From Patescibacteria group bacterium (GTDB lineage: Bacteria > Patescibacteriota > Minisyncoccia > Phycocordibacterales > CAIZLB01): 64,000 nucleotides of DNA. Each line of letters begins with the position of its first letter. Within the stretch, counting starts at the first letter, position 1. The notes below the pieces were generated by a model. It had not been told where the DNA came from. It worked only from the letters and a program-made list of their open reading frames with translations, and made no database searches. The translations under genes and the position numbers were made by a program. The stretch is from contig JAZKJG010000002.1 of NCBI GenBank assembly GCA_040384445.1, forward strand, positions 90,087 through 154,086. Direction: 5' to 3'. Below are positions 40,019 through 48,600 of this stretch, in pieces.

Positions 40019-40786
40019 ATGAACATTCCGTATATCGGTATTACCGATTTTATGAATTATGAGCAGGTTGAGCGTATGCTTGCTGTTTTTGAAGCCAATA
40101 AAAAACCAGGTCAAAATCGTCGGCTACATGTTGGAGTCATGATGAGTTACAAAACTCTAAACAAGACTGAAACCAAGTGGTCGAAAGCTTTTCCTGCAAA
40201 TGATGATATCAGGCACATATTTCAGTCATCAGAGACAATGAATTGTCTCCACTATGCAGATTATGAAGGAGTTGATGTCTGGAGAAACCTTGCGAAAGCA
40301 ATTGAATTTGGAGGGTATCTCATTGATGCACTTCAGCTTGATATGGTTTGGCCAGATCCTGTTGCAATATCAACAGCTGTACATACTTCTCGCAAGTTCC
40401 CTGAGGTAATTCTCCAGATTGGGAAGAATGCGATGGAGGAAGCGGGAAATGATCCTGCTCAAGTTGTTGAAAGACTTCAGGATTATAACGGCATCATTCA
40501 TCATGTGCTTCTTGATAAAAGCATGGGTAGAGGTCTAGGGATGGATGCTGTAGGACTTCTACCGTACGCTCGTGCAATTCGTGATGCATACCCTGATCTT
40601 GGATTGGCGGTTGCTGGTGGATTGGGGCCGAACACGATGGGTCTCGTTAAGCCATTGCTTGAAGAGTTTCCTCATATCTCTATCGATGCACAAGGTCAGC
40701 TGCGTCCAAGTGGTAATGCGCTTGATCCGATTGATTGGGATATGGCGGAGAAGTACATTGTGAATGCTCTTGCTCTGTTGGAGTGA
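40019..40786 (+). CDS. Hypothetical TIM-barrel protein (PRA-isomerase-like fold)
   Basis: LQL, LLDKSMGRG, AGGLGP, SIDAQG pattern. Confidence 0.6.
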   Translation: MNIPYIGITDFMNYEQVERMLAVFEANKKPGQNRRLHVGVMMSYKTLNKTETKWSKAFPANDDIRHIFQSSETMNCLHYADYEGVDVWRNLAKAIEFGGYLIDALQLDMVWPDPVAISTAVHTSRKFPEVILQIGKNAMEEAGNDPAQVVERLQDYNGIIHHVLLDKSMGRGLGMDAVGLLPYARAIRDAYPDLGLAVAGGLGPNTMGLVKPLLEEFPHISIDAQGQLRPSGNALDPIDWDMAEKYIVNALALLE

Positions 40787-40833
40787 AATCAAAAACCCTG
40801 TCTCACGATTTGTTTCGTGTGGCAGGGTGTTTT

Positions 40834-41292
40834 TTATCCTCGCACGTACAGATTTTTTTGGGTATCAACTCTATAAATATTCTTTATATGACTTGAGTCA
40901 ACAGTGTCTAGATTTTCTCCGGTTTCTGGATCGATCATTCTATATGCCCAATGTCTTCCTTTTATAGGTTGATTTGTTACAGGATTAATATCTCCTCGAG
41001 CAAACAACTGTACATCAGTTTCAAAGATATAATTTTCCTCACCCTCTTTTATGTATGTTAAATTAGGTGTTCCTTTGTCAAATGATGGGAAAGAAGTGGG
41101 TCTATTTCCTAAATTAATTTGTCCGACCATATTTGACTCTGTTCCAGTAGGTGAACTTCGAAGTGTTCCTGCTTCGATATAGTCTTTGTATCCCTGTTCA
41201 TTTACTATACGGTAAAAGTTATTCTTATTGAATTCATGATTTTCTAGGAGTTTCCATTCAGGGTTTGTTTCGTATTGGGGTGCGTGTTCCAT
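40834..41292 (-). CDS. Hypothetical protein
   Basis: 152-aa ORF. Confidence 0.6.
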   Translation of the reverse strand: MEHAPQYETNPEWKLLENHEFNKNNFYRIVNEQGYKDYIEAGTLRSSPTGTESNMVGQINLGNRPTSFPSFDKGTPNLTYIKEGEENYIFETDVQLFARGDINPVTNQPIKGRHWAYRMIDPETGENLDTVDSSHIKNIYRVDTQKNLYVRG

Positions 41293-41307
41293 GGGGTAGA
41301 TTATATC

Positions 41308-41919
41308 CTATTTTCGCGCCACAGCTACTCCTTGATACATAAACGCCAAAGGTTTTGACTTTTGTGCAAACTTCTCAATTTGTTGTATCTCAAAACCAGC
41401 ATCTAGAATAAGTTTTTCTATATCTCTATTCATATGACATCCTCCAGCAACCCTTTTAGAAATCGGAGTAAGAAAATTTTGAATTTTAGTAATGAAAGAT
41501 CTAGGTGATTTACCGTGCTCTATGAATAAAAATTTACCACTAGGCTTTAGTACTCGGAATATTTCTTTGAGTGCAATTTCAGGATAGGGAATACTACAGA
41601 GGGTCCAAGTAGAAATAACTGAATCTATCGAATTAGTATCAAGAGGGATATTTTCAGCTGATGCTTGAAGTTGTTCAATGGTAAATGAAACTTTATAAAT
41701 CCTTTCTTGTGCTAGGGTATATAGTTCGTCTGAAGGGTCGAGTGCGTATAGTTTACTTACATTTGTAAAATAGGGAAGATTAAGTCCTGAGCCGAATCCT
41801 ATTTCGAGCACTATACCATTTGCTTTGCTTGCTGTATCTTTTCGATATGTATCGAAATCTTTACTGCCCATGGCAAGGTTGAGGTATTTTGGGAGGATGT
41901 ATTTTGTGTAGAGGTTCAT
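41308..41919 (-). CDS. Class I SAM-dependent methyltransferase
   Basis: VLEIGFGSGLN, TLCSI, LKPSG, GGCH. Confidence 0.9.
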   Translation of the reverse strand: MNLYTKYILPKYLNLAMGSKDFDTYRKDTASKANGIVLEIGFGSGLNLPYFTNVSKLYALDPSDELYTLAQERIYKVSFTIEQLQASAENIPLDTNSIDSVISTWTLCSIPYPEIALKEIFRVLKPSGKFLFIEHGKSPRSFITKIQNFLTPISKRVAGGCHMNRDIEKLILDAGFEIQQIEKFAQKSKPLAFMYQGVAVARK

Positions 41920-41931
41920 TAATTTTAGTAT

Positions 41932-42294
41932 TTACTTACAACTTGTGGCGCCTTTGTGTAAGAAATATGTTTCGGATGAACTATCAACGTCAACACATAA
42001 CGTTCTTTTGTGAGAGAGTTTTACTTGCAAGGTAAAATTATCTTTTTCTGCAAAACAGAATGGTTGTAAATTACTTGTCAGAGTACCAAAATATGCTTTT
42101 GTAGTAGTAGAAGTACATACATTAGAAAAATCCATCACTTCTTTATTTTGTTTCAGGAGTTTATCACGAACTTCTCTTAAATGCATTTTTACAGTATCAC
42201 TCGGTTTAAAACATGCGCAAGATTCACTTGGAACAAGATAGATACCTACAAAGACAATAAAACACCCACAAGCAGCAGCTATTATTTTTTTCAT
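41932..42294 (-). CDS. Small exported Cys-rich protein
   Basis: Signal peptide MKKIIAAAC..., CAC, LCVD..., terminal SC. Confidence 0.6.
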   Translation of the reverse strand: MKKIIAAACGCFIVFVGIYLVPSESCACFKPSDTVKMHLREVRDKLLKQNKEVMDFSNVCTSTTTKAYFGTLTSNLQPFCFAEKDNFTLQVKLSHKRTLCVDVDSSSETYFLHKGATSCK

Positions 42295-42362
42295 ATAGTA
42301 ATCATAGCGTGGAAAGGGTAAAAGCAAAAACCCCAAGAAGCTATCTTGAGGTTTCGATTTTA

Positions 42363-42791
42363 TCAACCCACTGTTTCGTCTCTGATTTGGATCATTGGAA
42401 CTGTTATTTGGTGGTTAACTGTAAAATCAACAGTAAAGGTATATCCACCATACGTCTTTCGCATGAGTTTGTGTAAGCCAATCATGATATTCCCAAGAGC
42501 AGTGAGCCACTCGTCGATCCCTAGCAGGACATTGTTTCGAATGGATATGAAGTAGGTATAAAATCTGTATAGATCTTTACCATATAAAATTGTGATACAG
42601 AAATATGGGTCGGGATCGTTTGTTAACCAACTGTGAGTAAGTTTCAGCCCACTCCAGTCAGGTTCGTATTTTATAGCGACATGGATTATCTCCTTGGGGA
42701 TGTGTATTCCAAGAGGAACCGCGTTTACTGTTAAGTATTCGTGTATGGTCGTGATGACTGCTAAACACAGAGTTTTATTGTCTGTTTCCAT
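42363..42791 (-). CDS. Hypothetical protein
   Basis: 142-aa ORF with its own terminator at about 42325-42360. Confidence 0.55.
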   Translation of the reverse strand: METDNKTLCLAVITTIHEYLTVNAVPLGIHIPKEIIHVAIKYEPDWSGLKLTHSWLTNDPDPYFCITILYGKDLYRFYTYFISIRNNVLLGIDEWLTALGNIMIGLHKLMRKTYGGYTFTVDFTVNHQITVPMIQIRDETVG

Positions 42792-43004
42792 TGTAAGAAC
42801 ATGTTGAAGGTTAAAGTGCAGATGTGACTAGGAGGTACTTTGGCATATTGTTTGCTATAAGGCAAGTTGAGATTTTTAATCTTCTCTCCTCAATACAGAA
42901 AAACACCCTCTCGGGTGTTTTCGTATTTTGCAGAGATGATATATAGTCGCTTACGCTCCTTATATCACATGCGCAAAAGCATATTCGCTACGCTCATTGT
43001 TTTG

Positions 43005-43090
43005 CGGAGGAGGTGAGATTCGAACTCACGGGACCATTACAGCCCTCCTGTTTTCAAGACAGGTGCAATCGACCTCTCTGCCACTCCTCC
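43005..43090 (-). tRNA. tRNA-Ser(TGA)
   Basis: GGAGGAG acceptor stem, anticodon arm CCTGT-CT-TGA-AA-ACAGG, long variable arm, GTTCGAATC. Confidence 0.95.
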
Positions 43091-43129
43091 TTTGTGTCGA
43101 CTAACGTATATGATACTATCATAGTATAT

Positions 43130-43579
43130 ATGAAATATCTAGGGATCGATTACGGCAAAAAAAAGATAGGCATTGCAAAGAGTAATGATGAAGGAACCAT
43201 TGCCTTTCCTGACCAGATCATTGCTCCAAACGCAGATAACTCCCATGTACAAGTCATCCTGGATCTCTGTGAAAAGGAGAATATTGGACATGTTGTTATT
43301 GGGTACTCTTCAGACCTCGATGGTAAGAAAAATGCTATTGAAAAGGATATCGAGGAATTCATCCTGCACCTAGGGGGTAATCTTACTATTCATCGAGTTG
43401 ATGAGCGAATGTCTACTTCAGGAGTTCAAGCACATCTTCGTCATACATTTCAAAAGAAAACACAAGATAAACATAAAGCAAAAAATGCAAAGCAGGTCCG
43501 AGAACATACAAAAGACGATGATGCCAAAGTTGCTGCGTATATTCTACAAAGTTTTCTCGATATGCAAGAAAGAGTATAG
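43130..43579 (+). CDS. ruvX: YqgF/RuvX pre-16S rRNA nuclease
   Basis: LGIDYGKKKIGIA, DERMST, DAKVAAYILQ; start moved to 43130. Confidence 0.92.
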   Translation: MKYLGIDYGKKKIGIAKSNDEGTIAFPDQIIAPNADNSHVQVILDLCEKENIGHVVIGYSSDLDGKKNAIEKDIEEFILHLGGNLTIHRVDERMSTSGVQAHLRHTFQKKTQDKHKAKNAKQVREHTKDDDAKVAAYILQSFLDMQERV

Positions 43580-43591
43580 TATACTAGATGC

Positions 43592-43912
43592 ATGATAACC
43601 TTCGATGATTTTAAAAAAGTAGAACTTCGTGTTGGAGAAATTATTTCAGCTACTCCTGTAGAAGGATCAGAAAAATTATTATTACTTACAGTGGATTTTG
43701 GAGAAGAGGTGCCTCGAACTGTTGTCTCAGGTATTGCAGCATTTGTTGACGATGCATTTGTGGGTTCAAAAAAAATATTTGTGACAAATCTAGAACCAAG
43801 AGCGATTATGGGTATAGAAAGTCAGGCCATGATTTTGGCAGGGAAGGATGACGAAACACTCGGTCTCGCAACACTTGATCGGTCTATTAAAAATGGAACT
43901 GTATTATCATAA
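43592..43912 (+). CDS. tRNA-binding OB protein (Trbp111/MetRS C-terminal/CsaA family)
   Basis: ITFDDFKKVELRVG, VSGIA, NLEPR, ESQAM. Confidence 0.88.
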   Translation: MITFDDFKKVELRVGEIISATPVEGSEKLLLLTVDFGEEVPRTVVSGIAAFVDDAFVGSKKIFVTNLEPRAIMGIESQAMILAGKDDETLGLATLDRSIKNGTVLS

Positions 43913-43914
43913 CT

Positions 43915-44910
43915 ATGTCTTTTCTATCTAACATCACAAAACATGTCCCTGTACCTAAGAGAATGTCTTTTGAGCACGCTGGGGTTGATATTGGAATAAA
44001 CCATATTCGACATATTTTCTTTCAGAAAAAAGGAGAATATCTTCATGTGAAGAATTTTGGAGTATACGATATTCCGACTGTTGCTCGTGATCAGATGCTT
44101 TCAGATCAGGCAGAGGTTTTGATGGCACTTAAAAAAATGCAAAAAGAATTCGGGTACAAATACATAGAAGTATCCTTACCTGAAGACCTTGTATACATTT
44201 ATACTGCAGAAGTTGATGGGGCAGATTCAGAATCTATACGTTCACAGGTAGAGTTTCGAATTGAGGAAAATGTTCCATTAAAAGTTGATGAAGCTGTGTT
44301 TGATATTACGCCTGTGATTTTTATAAAGGAGTTAAACAAAAGCCTTGTATCTGTTGCTGTGGTTTCAAAAAGAATTATTCAGGATTATGTTGAGGTGTTT
44401 AGAAATGCAAACATGGAAGTTGTGTCTTTCATGGTACAAAATCAAGCATTATCAAAAGCACTTATCTTAAAAGACGACAGAGATCCGTATTGTATTGTTG
44501 CTGTAGAAAAAAGAAATATCGTTGTGTCTATTGTAAGTTCAAGTATTGTATTATATACGTCAACCATAGGCCAATCTGTATTTAAGGAGGATTTAAAACT
44601 TGAAAAAAGTGAAGTACTACAGGATCTGGTAAAAGAAATTTATAAAATCATTGTGTTCTGGCTTTCATATATTGAAAAGAATCCTCTGTATGGATTTAAA
44701 CCCCTTAAGGCTATATTACTTACCTCAACACATAAAGATATTCTTGAGTCTGATTTTGCAAATATGCTTACTAGAGAGCTTTCTTTGCAAGTAACACTCT
44801 CTGATGTATGGACAAATATAGCGATTCCAAAAAATAGTGTACCGGAAATTCATAAAAAAGATTCATATCAATATGCTACAGCTATCGGATTAGCAATGCC
44901 TAAGATATAA
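43915..44910 (+). CDS. pilM: Type IV pilus assembly protein PilM (actin-like)
   Basis: GVDIG, EENVPL, YATAIGLAM. Confidence 0.8.
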   Translation: MSFLSNITKHVPVPKRMSFEHAGVDIGINHIRHIFFQKKGEYLHVKNFGVYDIPTVARDQMLSDQAEVLMALKKMQKEFGYKYIEVSLPEDLVYIYTAEVDGADSESIRSQVEFRIEENVPLKVDEAVFDITPVIFIKELNKSLVSVAVVSKRIIQDYVEVFRNANMEVVSFMVQNQALSKALILKDDRDPYCIVAVEKRNIVVSIVSSSIVLYTSTIGQSVFKEDLKLEKSEVLQDLVKEIYKIIVFWLSYIEKNPLYGFKPLKAILLTSTHKDILESDFANMLTRELSLQVTLSDVWTNIAIPKNSVPEIHKKDSYQYATAIGLAMPKI

Positions 44911-44920
44911 TACAATCGTA

Positions 44921-45448
44921 ATGCTCTATCTTATCAACGAAGAACAACGGAAAAAAATAATTGCTGATTACTACATACGAGTAGGGCAGGTTGTTTCTTG
45001 GTTTTTGGTTGGCATATTTTTAACTATTGGAGTGTTGGCTGTACCTACGATACTTCTGCTTCAAACAGAAGTTCGTACATCTGAACAAAAAATACTAAAT
45101 CTAGAAAGAGAAATCGAAACGGCAAAAGATATGAGTACGGAGAAAGAGGCGACTGTAATCACAAACAAGCTAGAGATTTTCAAAACAGCAACAGTGAGTG
45201 ATATTCAAAAGAGATATTTAGAAGTGGAGAACACTGTTGAAAGTGTGCCTGGGGTATTAATTACAGGACTCAATGTAAATGTCTTAAATAAGACAGTGCA
45301 AATTGTGACCGAAGTTAAAGACAAAGAAGTCGCGAAAGACCTTGTGGATGTTTTAAATAAGACAACATATAAAGGTGCTGTCCTTCCGTACTCTGTACTA
45401 AGCGAAAAAGGCTCATTTATATTTGCACAAAATTTAACGTATGAATAA
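44921..45448 (+). CDS. PilN-like protein
   Basis: TM plus coiled coil, directly after pilM. Confidence 0.6.
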   Translation: MLYLINEEQRKKIIADYYIRVGQVVSWFLVGIFLTIGVLAVPTILLLQTEVRTSEQKILNLEREIETAKDMSTEKEATVITNKLEIFKTATVSDIQKRYLEVENTVESVPGVLITGLNVNVLNKTVQIVTEVKDKEVAKDLVDVLNKTTYKGAVLPYSVLSEKGSFIFAQNLTYE

Positions 45449-45983
45449 TTTAAAATCTTACATTCCAATAGTTTTCTTTATCTTGATTATAGGAGCAGGA
45501 TCTTTTGGAGTATATAAAATTCATACATATGCATCTACGTTTTCTGTACGGGTTGTTGAGATCAACAGTAAACTACAGTCACTTGAAGCCACACGGAGTA
45601 ATTTAGAATTATTTAAAAAGATTCTTCTTAAAGGATCTGCAGAGCAAGAACAGATGGACGCGTATGTGTTAAGTGGAGATACAGTATTTAAAGCTATTAC
45701 TGATCTTGAGAAAGATGGAAAGAAAACAGGAGTTTTTACGGGAGATAATCTAGGAATCTCTTCAGTTTCAAAAAGAGAAAATTCAGAGTTAAAGAAGTTG
45801 AATGCAGGAGAGGTAGTTGTGACAATCTCTGCTGAAGGTAAAAGAGATAGAATAGATTCATACGTTGAAGCTCTAACAAACCTGCCGTTCGTTTCTCATA
45901 TTGAACAAATCCAACAGACTTTTTCAAAAGAAACAGGAAAGACAAGAGCAACAATTACATTAGTTATTACTGAAATACTATGA
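45441..45983 (+). CDS. PilO-like protein
   Basis: TM, coiled coil, LTNLPF motif; position in the pilMNO series. Confidence 0.6.
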   Translation: MNNLKSYIPIVFFILIIGAGSFGVYKIHTYASTFSVRVVEINSKLQSLEATRSNLELFKKILLKGSAEQEQMDAYVLSGDTVFKAITDLEKDGKKTGVFTGDNLGISSVSKRENSELKKLNAGEVVVTISAEGKRDRIDSYVEALTNLPFVSHIEQIQQTFSKETGKTRATITLVITEIL

Positions 45984-46336
45984 AATTAAACTTCGCCTCA
46001 AAAAAGAATATTGGAGGATTTCAACCGGCATTGCACTGGGAAATGATTCTCGTTTCTTCATTTGTAATGTTGCTCTTGAGTGTGGCGTACGGAGTGTATT
46101 TATACACATTTGCAAAAAAACAGGTAGAAACAATTGCCTCGACTGATACATCCGTTGCGTCAGCAAAGTTAACTGCGTATGCGTCGCCTGAGAAAATTCA
46201 GGAATATTTTCAAATATATAAAGATCGACAGGGGAGATATACAGAAGTTATAAACGGGCTTATTGTAGGGAATGTTGTTGAGGTTAAGACTTCAACTTCA
46301 AGTGTCTCTGTCGTTGCAACAACGACGAATCAATGA
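45980..46336 (+). CDS. Single-TM protein of the pil cluster
   Basis: Overlaps the stop of the PilO-like gene. Confidence 0.6.
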   Translation: MKLNFASKKNIGGFQPALHWEMILVSSFVMLLLSVAYGVYLYTFAKKQVETIASTDTSVASAKLTAYASPEKIQEYFQIYKDRQGRYTEVINGLIVGNVVEVKTSTSSVSVVATTTNQ

Positions 46337-46351
46337 TATAAAAGCTCTATC

Positions 46352-46426
46352 GCTCTTGTAGTTCAATGGATAGAACTGCGGACTTCTAAGCCGTTAATCT
46401 AGGTTCGATTCCTAGCGAGAGCACCA
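46352..46426 (+). tRNA. tRNA-Arg(TCT)
   Basis: Cloverleaf, anticodon loop CT-TCT-AA, GGTTCGATTCC, encoded CCA. Confidence 0.95.
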
Positions 46427-46481
46427 ACATGAAAAACACATCTTTGATGTGTTTTTTCTATTACCTGATATACTTGTTTAT

Positions 46482-46931
46482 ATGAATACAGCAACTTGTA
46501 CGGTCAATGGACAATTAGTGCAATGTCCAGAATTCCTTTCTAATCCGCTAATATGGATTGGTTTACTTATAATCCCCTTAATAATAGTAATATTGACTTT
46601 TGTATCATTATGGAAAATTTTTGAAAAAGCCAATAAACCAGGTTGGGCATCACTAATTCCAATTTACAATATCGTCGTGTTGTGTGAAATTGTTAAAAAG
46701 CCTACATGGTACGTTGTGTTATTTTTTATTCCTTTTGTAAATGTAATTTTAGCTTTTATTCTTTTGCTGGAATTAAGTAAGGCATTTGGAAAGGGTGTTG
46801 GATTTACCTTAGGATTAATATTTCTTCCCATGATTTTTTATCCAGTACTAGCTTTTGATAGTTCGACATATAAATATGGGAACAGTACAGCTGAACCTGA
46901 AGTCCCTACAATTTCCCCAGCAACAGTTTAG
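46482..46931 (+). CDS. DUF5684-like membrane protein
   Basis: WKIFEKANKPGWASLIPIYN, SKAFGKG.GF. Confidence 0.8.
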   Translation: MNTATCTVNGQLVQCPEFLSNPLIWIGLLIIPLIIVILTFVSLWKIFEKANKPGWASLIPIYNIVVLCEIVKKPTWYVVLFFIPFVNVILAFILLLELSKAFGKGVGFTLGLIFLPMIFYPVLAFDSSTYKYGNSTAEPEVPTISPATV

Positions 46932-46939
46932 TTACATTA

Positions 46940-47315
46940 AAAACCGTAGATCACCTCTACGGTTTTTCTATGGTAAAATTTAACCATGCAAAACAAATCA
47001 TTGAAAATAGGATTATCAGTAGTCTGGTTAATCCCTTTTATATATTCATTGTATGGTTTTATTTATACGATAAATGATAAAAGCAGATATGCATGTGATT
47101 CTGGAAACTCGTGTCTTTACTTTATAATCACGCCTTTTATTTTACCCTCTGTTTTGTACTTAATATGGAAACCTGAAGGGAAGAGTTGGGGGAAGCAAAT
47201 TTTTCACGCAATATTGTTGTTTCCAATACTGCTAATTGTTGCATGGGGCATATTGGCTTTACTTAGCTTAATTAAATAAACAGAAAACCGTAGATCATCT
47301 CTACGGTTTTTCTAT
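46940..47315. repeat. 32-bp direct repeat of a terminator hairpin (46940-46971 and 47284-47315)
   Basis: AAAACCGTAGATCA(C/T)CTCTACGGTTTTTCTAT, one mismatch. Confidence 0.9.
46986..47279 (+). CDS. Hypothetical three-TM membrane protein
   Basis: Hydrophobic 97-aa ORF. Confidence 0.6.
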   Translation: MQNKSLKIGLSVVWLIPFIYSLYGFIYTINDKSRYACDSGNSCLYFIITPFILPSVLYLIWKPEGKSWGKQIFHAILLFPILLIVAWGILALLSLIK

Positions 47316-47321
47316 AGTTTG

Positions 47322-47394
47322 TGCGCGATGAGGGACTTGAACCCCCGACCTTCTCAGTGTAAATGAGTTGCTCTACCAACTGAGCTAATCGCGC
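47322..47394 (-). tRNA. tRNA-Val(TAC)
   Basis: GCGCGAT acceptor stem, TAGCTCAGTTGGTAGAGC, anticodon loop TT-TAC-AC, GGTTCAAGTCC. Confidence 0.95.
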
Positions 47395-47463
47395 TCTTTA
47401 CGAATTCCACTATATCATATGTATAATTGATATACAAATAGAAATATAGTACAGTACCTCTAT

Positions 47464-47546
47464 GCGCAGGTGGCGAAACGGTAGACGCACTACCTTGAGG
47501 TGGTAGCGCCCGCAAGGGTGTGGAGGTTCAAATCCTCTCTTGCGCA
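47464..47546 (+). tRNA. tRNA-Leu(GAG)
   Basis: CTACC-TT-GAG-GT-GGTAG, long variable arm, GGTTCAAATCC. Confidence 0.95.
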
Positions 47547-47569
47547 CAAATTAATGTATAATCTTATAC

Positions 47570-48133
47570 ATGCTCGAACTGAATAAAAAGTACACCCTCG
47601 GGAAAAGAACCTTCTGGTTTCTCTTTTTTAAGAACGGAAAAATCGCAACCTCTATAGTCTTTCTATTATTTATTGCAATCATTGCAATGTACATTGGTCC
47701 AACAGGCGAATGGACAACAAACTTTTTAAGTACTAACTTTGACGGTGTAATCACAAAAGGTCTTTTAACACTTTGGTTTACCCTTGGAATTATTTCAATG
47801 GCTATTATTATTTTCATAAGTCTCTTTGAACACTTTGCACAGCATAAGTTTATGCTGGATGATCATTCTTTCCATATACGACGAGGAATTTTCATGATTA
47901 AAGAAAAAGTAATACCATATCGACATATTCAGAACGTAGATTTAGAGCAGCCATATCATTATAGAATTTTTGGAGTAGCTCGTTTAAATATCACCACTGC
48001 TCGTATTGATATATTCGAAGATGGACAAAAGGAGGAGTCTCGTGGTAAGAATAATCTCATACCAATTATTGATAAAAAACTCGCTAAAGAACTGGCTCAC
48101 TATCTTGTAAGCCAAGGCGATCGAAGAATTTAG
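47570..48133 (+). CDS. Bacterial PH-domain membrane protein
   Basis: RRGIF, IPYRHIQNV, FGVARLNITTA. Confidence 0.82.
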   Translation: MLELNKKYTLGKRTFWFLFFKNGKIATSIVFLLFIAIIAMYIGPTGEWTTNFLSTNFDGVITKGLLTLWFTLGIISMAIIIFISLFEHFAQHKFMLDDHSFHIRRGIFMIKEKVIPYRHIQNVDLEQPYHYRIFGVARLNITTARIDIFEDGQKEESRGKNNLIPIIDKKLAKELAHYLVSQGDRRI

Positions 48134-48134
48134 A

Positions 48135-48584
48135 ATGAAGCACAACAAACCTAAGACAAAAAAGAAAGAAGAAGTACGACAACTTAAAAGAGAAAAATCA
48201 TGGGATGAAAAATTAACAGGCTCTATTGGGTCTGTTCCTTCACTTATTATTCATACTCTTTTGTTTGCTGGGGTATTTGCTGCGATTGCAGTAGGTGTTC
48301 CTCAAGAGCAGGCATTACTCATGCTTACTACTATTGTATCTCTTGAAGCTATTTATCTTTCTATTCTTATTCAGATGTCTGTAAATAGAAACAGTATTTC
48401 ACTTGAGGAGGTTGAGGAGGATTTGGAGGAAATCCAAGAGGATATAGAGGATATTGAAGAAGGGATTGAGGATATTCAAGAAGATATTGAAGATATCCAA
48501 GAAGGGGTTGAAGATATCGAAGAGGAAATTGAGGAAATCCAGGAGGATATTGAAGATATTGAAGTAGCGACGAAGAAGCTATAG
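48135..48584 (+). CDS. DUF1003-like membrane protein with acidic heptad-repeat tail
   Basis: LTTIVSLEAIYLSILIQMSVNR followed by (EDIEDIQ)n. Confidence 0.75.
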   Translation: MKHNKPKTKKKEEVRQLKREKSWDEKLTGSIGSVPSLIIHTLLFAGVFAAIAVGVPQEQALLMLTTIVSLEAIYLSILIQMSVNRNSISLEEVEEDLEEIQEDIEDIEEGIEDIQEDIEDIQEGVEDIEEEIEEIQEDIEDIEVATKKL

Positions 48585-48600
48585 TGATATTATGTAGGGT

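Noticed and set aside
43013-43129. N-terminal extension of RuvX in the ORF track
   Set aside because: It overlaps tRNA-Ser on the opposite strand; the family N-terminus begins at MKYLGID (43130).
48404-48563. Possible CRISPR-like repeat array
   Set aside because: The repeats are in-frame coding heptads without unique spacers, and no cas genes are present.
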